In this document: piece by piece, positions 49,564 to 57,596 of the stretch
How positions within the stretch are numbered: the stretch's first letter is position 1
Layout: every line of letters starts with the position of its first letter
Assembly (NCBI GenBank): GCA_001938485.1
Contig: MQRK01204239.1
Location: 5,912 to 63,507 of the forward strand
Direction: 5' to 3'
Length of the DNA: 57,596 nucleotides
Source of the DNA: Girardia tigrina
Lineage: Eukaryota
The notes under the pieces: model-generated
What the model was told of the DNA's origin: nothing
Database searches by the model: none
What the model saw: the letters and a program-made list of their open reading frames with translations, nothing else
Program-made: the position numbers and the translations under genes

Positions 49564-52022
49564 AATTATATAAAAAAAGCTTTAATCAAATTATATTTTC
49601 GAAATACTAAACTTGCGTTCACAAGACTCAATATTATATATATAGGCCTTAAAAAACTCAAAAAGTGTTGAGTGTTTATTGTGTTTTTTATTTAAGATTG
49701 ATAAAAACTCTGATTTTAGTTTGTAAAAATATATTTATATTCTACAAATAATTACAAATAAAAGTCAAAAGTAAAAGTTTAACGTTTTATTTGGCCCCTG
49801 GCTGATTTTATATTTGAACTTCGAGAGTCTTTAGCGACAACTCGAGTAACTGTATTTAAAAAGTTTGGAACACACTTTCCAGCGTGTTTATATATGGATA
49901 TATAAATTTAAAATTAAAATAATCTTTAGGAATTACTTTTCAATCTCGTTAATTGATTTCACACTATCTCAGTGAGATTTCTTGTTACAGTTATGATTCT
50001 GAGTTTTTCTACTCTTTAAATATAATTTCGTAATTTGTTTACTCGACGCTTAAATTTCGTCCAGACGAGGTCTTATTTCAAAACTTCTCGCCTTTTCTCT
50101 AACGTTAAAATAAACTTTCTAAACTCAACTTGAACTCTTCTAGTCATTTCAAACTTTAAGCTTTCAAAATTCTTTAATTAACAATGGCCTTTATATATAA
50201 TTTTTTATGTACTTTTCTTTTTAAATTAATTATATTTATTGTTTTTATTCCTCTGTTTATTGTTTCTCTTTAATTAATCTAAGTTTATTTTTTCTTTTAT
50301 TTATTTAAACTCTAATTATTTTTATTTATTATTAAAAATATAATTTTATATTTATTATCATAAATATTTCATCTATGAAAAATATAATATTTGTAAATAT
50401 TTATTAATTTAAACAACAAATACATATAAATTATAAAATTTGAGATATTCCCTCAACAAAAGCAGTGATCTAAAGTTGACGTTAAACCATCGAAATATAT
50501 TATCATAAAGATATATTTTGAAATGACGTATATTTTTTTAAAATATTAATTCCTGTTTACGGATCATCGACACCTATTAATTGTTAAAAAAACAAAATGC
50601 TGTCTTATTTCGTACATAATAAGATAACAGAGACCAATGCTAATAATTACAATGGATATGCAAAAAAATATGAAATTCTTGGATGAAACATTGTTAATTA
50701 AACATTATCATATTTTAGAAAAAACTAAATAAAAATAATTTAAATATTCAAAAGTACACATTTTCGATGATTTAACAAAAATATAAGATAAAAATAATCA
50801 ATGTTTCATTTTTTATTAAACATATTATTTATTTTTCGTTAAGTTAAATCATAATTTATAACCAAATTTCGAAGTAATTAGATTTATTATCAATAAAAAT
50901 ACAGAAATTAATATTGTAAATTAATTTTACTTGTGATACTTCATTAAAATTAATTTAAAAATTTTCATCTTTGATTATAATTTTAGTAAAAATTTATATT
51001 AAATTTTTCTAAAATGTCTTTAAATATTTTTTGTGTTGTAACATTAAAATCAGAATTACAATTTATTATTTGGTCTAATTCACATTATAACAGATATGTT
51101 AAAAACGAAATCGGGATAAAATAAAAACTCAGCAATCTTTATTAATAACACAGTTACACTCGCTTTTCTCGCGTATTTCACAACTGAATCTTAATTCATT
51201 TGACCACAAACATTTTAATTCTTTTAATTATTAAAAATATTAAAATTAATTATTAATAAGTATAACGATTTAATACAAATTAACGAAGCGATTTACTTCG
51301 TGAAATACTTTTCCTCACTTTCTTGAAGTCATTTTTGCTTTCTTAATTTTTATCTATTTATAATAGTTAAATAATTTATATTTTTATTAACATATTTTAC
51401 AATTTCATTATAATTTTAAATACAAAAATATTTATTCATTCTTAACAATAAAGTTTCATTATGTTAAACGGTTTCTTATAATATTTTTTACATATTTAAA
51501 AGGTGGTTGATTAAATTCGACAAAATTTACGTGCACTGTGTCTAACATTTACATTTAAAATCAACTTTTAAGATGTGATTTAAAATTGAATGAAGAAAAG
51601 CGAAGTAAAAAATAAAATATTCAAAATTTTCATTAAATAATGAATTATTATTTACGATATTTTATAAATCTTAGAATAAAATATTATAAAACTATAATTA
51701 TATCATATTTCAAATATTTTTTAATAATAAACTAAAGTTTGTTTTTTGAATATTTAAAATTATGTAATTTTATCAAAAAAATAAAAATATTTTATTAAAT
51801 AAAATGAACAAATAATTGCAAAGCATGGACGGGAATCATTCTAAATGTTCTAATTTTATTTTTAAAAAGTTTATGGCTTTATTTATTTGAAAATATTAAT
51901 TTATACTTAATGATTTAAATATAATTTTTATCCAATTAAATTCTTAAATATTCATTTAATTGATATTTTTATTTTAGTTTGAATACATTATTTATTGAAA
52001 TAGTAAAACAAGAGATCGAAAT

Positions 52023-53474
52023 ATGAACTTTGAAATTGATGAGTGTTTGATATGTGCGTCGTCGTTTGAATCAAATAGTTTCGTAACATTTACCAAATGT
52101 AATCATTCTTTCTGTCGAAATTGTGTATGGGCATGGCTACTTGAAAATGAAATTTGTCCTATGGACCGAGCTCCAGTAGAGTCATTAACTCAATATCGAA
52201 TCAATGCAGACAACACTCGAACAATTATTTCAACTATAACGTTTAATCAATTTGTAACTGAAACAATCTCCCACAATCTTCAATCAATATCTTCAAACAT
52301 TTGCCAATATATAACGAAACATTTTTCAAGTCTGATATATTTAAGAAGTTATACAAACGAAACACTGACTCATTTATCCGAACAAAATATCGAAAAGTAT
52401 CAAAAGTTCTTCTTGTCCAAAGAAACTGAAAAATATTTTTCAAAGGAAGATGATCATTTTCAATTAAGAAAAGACATAGAAATTTTTAAATATTCATTAC
52501 AGAAATGTAGAGGACATCTAAGAAAATCCCAATATGAATTACTTTTATCGAAGTCAGAAAACTTGATAGCGATATTAGATAGTTTTGAATCTCTATCCGA
52601 CGATAGAGACAATTTGAATTATATCAACTCATTGATGATAAAGAACTATTTGAAGGGTTCCATTAAGGAAGAATCACTAAAACCAAGTCCTAATGATTTG
52701 TTCTATGGTGTAAAAATCGTAAACGATTCAATTAATTTTGAATTAAAACTTATAAGAGGAATTTCATTAGAATTTGTACATTTGATGACAGAAGAAATAT
52801 TTCAGCAAATGTTCATCCCAGAGTACAATCACTGCTTGATTTGTCGTGAGGAATACGAGAGTACAAAAGTCAAATGCAGACAATGTCATCAAGGATTGTG
52901 TGATGAATGCTCGTGGATTTTTGTATTAATCAAATCGATTTGCTTCTGTGAATTGACAAAGAAAACAAACATAAGTGTCACAGTCATTCATCTCTATACA
53001 AGTACCTTAGAAATTATAGATCCGTACGCATATTCCAATATTAAAACGATCAACAAATGTCTACAAACACTTTTAATTGTCGTGCAAGAAGTAATTAACA
53101 AATTAAAAATACATGAAAAAGTTTCATTAACAGAATTTGAAATAAAAGATTTTACCGATAAATTGTTTGAAGCGACGGATAAATTACACGATATACGAGA
53201 TGGGAATGAAGAAAATTACGGGAAAATTAACAACAACTTTTATTTCACAAAAAGGTTCTCATCAAATCTTACATTAATGACCGCCACGTTACACTTTCTA
53301 AACGACTATTGGCGTTTAATATTTACAAATGAAAACTTAATTTGCATTGAGGAGCACAAAATAGTTTGTACGAAGAATATTCAATCAATTAGGACAATTT
53401 GCGAAAATATGTTTGGTTTAACGGGAAACATTCAAGAAACACTCGGTGAGATTTCTAATTTAATTAACATTTAG
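52023..53474 (+). CDS. Intronless RING-finger protein (C3HC4 RING plus a second degenerate RING), putative E3 ligase, 483 aa
   Basis: 1452-nt open frame in very AT-rich DNA. CLIC..CNHSFCRNC..W....CPMDR at the N-terminus; CLIC..CRQCHQGLCDECSW..ICFC from 52833. AATAAA directly follows the stop. Confidence 0.88.
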   Translation: MNFEIDECLICASSFESNSFVTFTKCNHSFCRNCVWAWLLENEICPMDRAPVESLTQYRINADNTRTIISTITFNQFVTETISHNLQSISSNICQYITKHFSSLIYLRSYTNETLTHLSEQNIEKYQKFFLSKETEKYFSKEDDHFQLRKDIEIFKYSLQKCRGHLRKSQYELLLSKSENLIAILDSFESLSDDRDNLNYINSLMIKNYLKGSIKEESLKPSPNDLFYGVKIVNDSINFELKLIRGISLEFVHLMTEEIFQQMFIPEYNHCLICREEYESTKVKCRQCHQGLCDECSWIFVLIKSICFCELTKKTNISVTVIHLYTSTLEIIDPYAYSNIKTINKCLQTLLIVVQEVINKLKIHEKVSLTEFEIKDFTDKLFEATDKLHDIRDGNEENYGKINNNFYFTKRFSSNLTLMTATLHFLNDYWRLIFTNENLICIEEHKIVCTKNIQSIRTICENMFGLTGNIQETLGEISNLINI

Positions 53475-53864
53475 TGAAATAAAATATATATAACACAATT
53501 TCTACTCTTATTTGTCTAAGGAATTGTAAAATTTAATTTTACGAAATATTATTGTGAGGAATATTTTAAATTGTGTATGGATGTGGTGATTTTATTTGGT
53601 GACCAGACAACTGTGTAAGATTATTAAATTATTGATGGTTTTAAATGAAATGATGACATATATATATAACTCAAATATTTCACAAATTCTGATTAATTAA
53701 CAATAAATTATATTTTTAAAATAACAAGCTAAAATTCAACAGAAAAAAAGATTTATAAAACATTTTTTGAAAATTGAAATTATTTGTCAATCTCCTCTAA
53801 TACTTGCGTTTGTCCTCTACAATATTATGTCCATTGACTTTAATCTTTAAGGGTTTACTGTTGT

Positions 53865-53905
53865 GGTAAAGGTTAGAGTTAAAGTTAAGGTTAGGGTTTG
53901 AGTTA
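53865..53905 (+). repeat. Short degenerate TTAGGG-like tract
   Basis: GTAAAGGTTAGAGTTAAAGTTAAGGTTAGGGTTTGAGTT, 6-bp period. Confidence 0.5.
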
Positions 53906-54349
53906 TGCCAAGGAGTATGTTTGTGGTAAGAATTACGGTTTAATTCATTATATTAAATAATCAATTTTTTAATTGTAAATTTTTATGCACGCAATTGTCT
54001 TTACACAATTACAATGTACGCCATTGTCACTGAATCATTTATTTGAGTGTGCTGAAATCAGAATTGTTTTTTTGCATCATGCTGAAAAATTAGTGTTGTT
54101 GGTGCACAAGCGAGTTCAGTGCAGTGCCGGCGTCCCGAGGCTGAGAGATCGGTGTTTCCGGGACGAGGGGGTTGATGAAATTCTATTTGGAATCAATTTA
54201 AATGTTTTGTTCTGATTTTAAAGAAAAATTTTCATCAACAGACAACAATTTATCAATATGCACGATTCTGGAATGTATTTAAAATGTTTTTATACATTTT
54301 TTATACGAGATCTGAACTAACCAGAATCGACCCACAGAGTCGTTGTTGA

Positions 54350-54740
54350 GGAAGCGCAGCTTATCTTCAACAGATTCGGCCACATTTCATCCTTGATCAA
54401 CTCTCCGATCTCATCATACACCATATCCGAACAGCCCTCAAACTAACAGGCAAAATTAGCGAGCATCGCTGATGATGGAGCCGTTCGTTTTCGATCCATT
54501 AAACATCACTGCTGTTAAGCAAACACTTTCCGTTATGCCATTCGATTTTCGTGGATTTCGTTTCCATATCTCCATTCTCATTTATATTGAATTCCTTTTC
54601 CAGAAAATTGTTTTTTCTCAGAAGTTGAAAGATTTTATTATCCATTGTTTTATTATCTGATGGCAAATCACAATCGGTAAAATGAACCAATTCTTTATTC
54701 GAATTGACAACATTGATTATACTTTGATCGATTAAAACAA
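54350..54740 (-). pseudogene. SET/TAF-I (NAP-family histone chaperone) pseudogene fragment
   Basis: LEKEFNINENGDMETKSTKIEWHNGKCL and, after a stop, DEIGELIKDEMWPNLL match the SET motifs [28 protein letters not shown] and DELGEVIKDDIWPNPL. Confidence 0.8.
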
Positions 54741-55150
54741 TCGACGTTTTTAATAATTTTTTTTTCAAAATCAGTAAATTTATATCATCTAGTTTTTCCT
54801 CAGTCTTTTGGCTGTCGGTACGGTTTTACCAATATTTTGTTTCTCCTTGCGTTTCAATTTTATGCTTAGTTAGTGTCGTTTTCCCTATATCCAATTTGTC
54901 CGCCATAAATATCGTTTTATAATCTGTTAGTAATTTCATTAATGGTTCATCTATCTTATCTGCGTATATTTCCTTTAAGTCTGCCTCCTTCACTTAAAGT
55001 ATCGCGTATTACCAGCACTCCATTATATCTTGTTTCTTTCTTTAGTTTTATGCTAAATGTATTTAGAAAATCTATCCCTGCAATCATTTCGTGTTCTAAA
55101 TCTTTTACCAAAATTTTTAAAATATTAAATTTAAATCATTTTAAAAAGTA
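54741..55150 (-). mobile_element. Gypsy protease-to-RT linker relic abutting the SET fragment
   Basis: Minus strand VKDLEHEMIAGIDFLNTF (protease ILGxDFL) and LLTDYKTIFMADKLDIGKT (pre-RT motif). Confidence 0.6.
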
Positions 55151-55779
55151 TTAACTATAATCACAAATTTTTAAAAATTCGACAAACGAAATAAAAAATA
55201 AAGTATCTCCTCATACATCAACAAACACAGTTTTGAATAATTAAAAAATTTCCGTTGAAAAAAAAATCCAGAAAAAATAGATAATATTCTAACAAAGATC
55301 GAAATTAAAAAAAAACGCCAAACTCGTTTGTTTAACTGCATCAAATAAAATCGGTTCCCAAAGTGAAACGATTGAGCTGTTGACAGCGATATTCGAATAT
55401 AATAAATTCACAATGCAATTTAATTTTAATATCAATGAAATAATCTGCAATCCAATCGAAATAATCGATCACAAATCAAAATTAGACTTCTATAATCACT
55501 ATATCGATCCGAAATCGATCAAGTGAGTTTGAGAATTGATTTTTTTGTGATTTTCGAGACGAAATGCTGTTATTGATTATCTTTCTAATTGGGAATAGAA
55601 ATCTCTCGAATTCTCAGAAATTGAGCTACTTAATCGATGCGATGGGAAATGCTTCTCAACGGGTTTAATTTCGATTTTGATATTTTTAGATAAATTGTGA
55701 AAGACAAAAGAAAATTAAATTGGTAATTCTTCCGTAGAGAATCGTTTCATGTTTTGAAATTATACAATTCTGGCCACAT

Positions 55780-57060
55780 AATAATTATTAATAAATATAT
55801 AAATTGATCAATAATAATAAATAATTAATTAAGTAAAATAAATAATTAATAACAATAAATAATAAATAAATAATTATTAAAATTTATGAATAATAATTTA
55901 AATAAAATAATTAAAAAGTAAATTGAAAAATAATAAATAATAATTAATTTAATAATAAATAAATAAATAATTATTAAAATTTATGAATAATAATATAAAT
56001 AAAATAATTAAAAAATAAATTCCAAAATAAAAAATAAAAATATATAAATAATAATTAAATAAAAAAATAAGAATGAATAAAAATAAATAATTAATAAATA
56101 AATAATTAATTATTAAAATTTATGAATAATAATTTAAATAAATAATTCAAAAATAAATTCCAAAATAATAAATAAAAATTAATTATAATTAATAAAACAC
56201 TCAATAAATAAAAGTCAAAATAACAATAATGAATGATAATAATTAAATAAAAAAATAAGAATGAATAAAAATAAATAATTAATTTAATAATAAATAAATA
56301 ATTAATTATTAAATAAAATTTCTGAATAATAATATAAATAAAATAATTCTAAAATAATAAATAAAAATTAATTATAATTAATAAAACACTCAATAAATAA
56401 AAGTAAAAATGAAAATAATAAATAGTTAAAAAATAATTAAATAAAAAATAAGAATAAATAAAAATAATTAATTTAATAATAAATAAATAATTATTAAAAT
56501 TTATGAATAATAATTTAAATAAAATAATTAAAAAATAAATTCAAAAATAATAAATAAAAATTAATTATAATTAATAAAACACTCAATAAATAAAAGTCAA
56601 AATAACAATTATAAATAGTTAAATAATAATTAAATAAAAAAATAAGAATGAATAAAATAATTAATTAATTTAATAATAAATGAATAATTAATTATTAAAA
56701 TTTATGAATAATAATTCAAATAAAATAATTCAAAAATAAATTCCAAAATAAAAAATAAAAATATATAAATAATAATTAAATAAAAAAATAAGAATGAATA
56801 AAAATAAATAATTAATTTAATAATAAATAAATAAATTATTAATTATTAAAATTTATGAATAATAATTTAAATAAAATAATTCTAAAATAATAAATAAAAA
56901 TTAATTATAATTAATAAAAAATAAGAATGAGTAAAAATAATTAATTAAGTGAATTAAAATATTAAAAAAATAATTAAAAATAACTTTTAATCGATAAATA
57001 ATTAAATAAATAAAATAAAAATAATAATAAATATTTAAATATTAATTAATTAAAAAAGAA
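55780..57060. repeat. Extremely AT-rich satellite-like array, ~190-bp higher-order unit
   Basis: CACTCAATAAATAAAAGT recurs at ~56198, ~56387 and ~56580. TTATTAAAATTTATGAATAATAAT and AAAAATAAGAATGAATAAAA recur many times. Confidence 0.85.
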
Positions 57061-57079
57061 AGAATGATAACGTATAAAT

Positions 57080-57480
57080 CTCCAAAGCCGATTGGTTGAC
57101 CGAGGTCGTCAGAACAACTGAAAGAAATGTACTTTACGAAATGTCCATTTGACATTGTGTATCGATCACGCTACCGCAATGTTCCTAATGGTCTTTGGCG
57201 GATCTTTAGACCTGTCAGAGTGCTTGTACCGCGCCCAGGCCCAGATTAGATACACCCTACCTGACGAGTGTGAGCAGCACAGCTGCATTCGGCACGGCCC
57301 TCTACAAGCGATGGCCCGAGACTCGCAGGATCCAAGTTCTCCGTATTGCCGTGTCCATATTTCAACTCGAGCGTGTACCATTGAATAACACAAAGGCGGT
57401 ACGTTAGGGGCTGATCAATTGTTGATCGCAATGACTGTGAATGCCGAGTTGACAGTTGAGGATGACACAATAGTCACTAG
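57080..57480 (-). mobile_element. GC-rich DNA-transposon relic with SWIM-finger-like motif (ISL2EU/Harbinger-like)
   Basis: Minus-strand CCSHSSGRVYLIWAWARY resembles the CxC..G.RT.GCCSH....W..G.AR motif; frames are broken. Confidence 0.35.
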
Positions 57481-57485
57481 CAATA

Positions 57486-57596
57486 CAGGGTGCGGCAGCT
57501 ATTTGAGAACAAAATGACATAAAGTTCAAAAAATGAATATACAACAGAAAAATAACATTTATTACAATTTAAAATTTTACATATATTAACACGTAC
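57486..57596. mobile_element. Probable Tc1/mariner terminus running off the window
   Basis: TA|CAGGGTGCGGCAG start, typical of CAGGGTG-type TIRs. The partner end lies outside the window. Confidence 0.45.

Noticed and set aside
57255-57290. CTGACGAGTG..CAC hammerhead-like start
   Set aside because: No GAAA follows the stem.

Overview
AT-rich eukaryotic draft-genome window with four N-gaps, short GT-AG introns and dense decayed transposons. Gene content and intron style suggest a planarian flatworm (inference, not provable here). Three apparently intact protein-coding genes are supported: (1) a TRAF-family gene (RING, zinc fingers, coiled coil, MATH) that I reconstruct from five exons spread over 11065-32359 (+), with all introns in phase 0 and one duplicated coiled-coil exon; (2) a three-exon, cysteine-rich, short-tailed beta-tubulin (44390-45878, -); (3) an intronless 483-aa protein with two RING-like modules (52023-53474, +). 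The rest is mostly nested hAT, Tc1/mariner, pogo/Tigger, piggyBac, Harbinger, MULE and Gypsy relics, several with identifiable TIRs/TSDs, plus SET/NAP-like and EF-hand gene fragments. The most notable non-coding signals are a minimal type-I hammerhead ribozyme of the Penelope type (49522-49563) and a phased array of RFX X-box-like palindromes with CCAAT boxes inside a Helentron/HINE-like end (~174-730). I see no clear evidence of a wholly new multi-gene system. All calls were made by eye, without searches.
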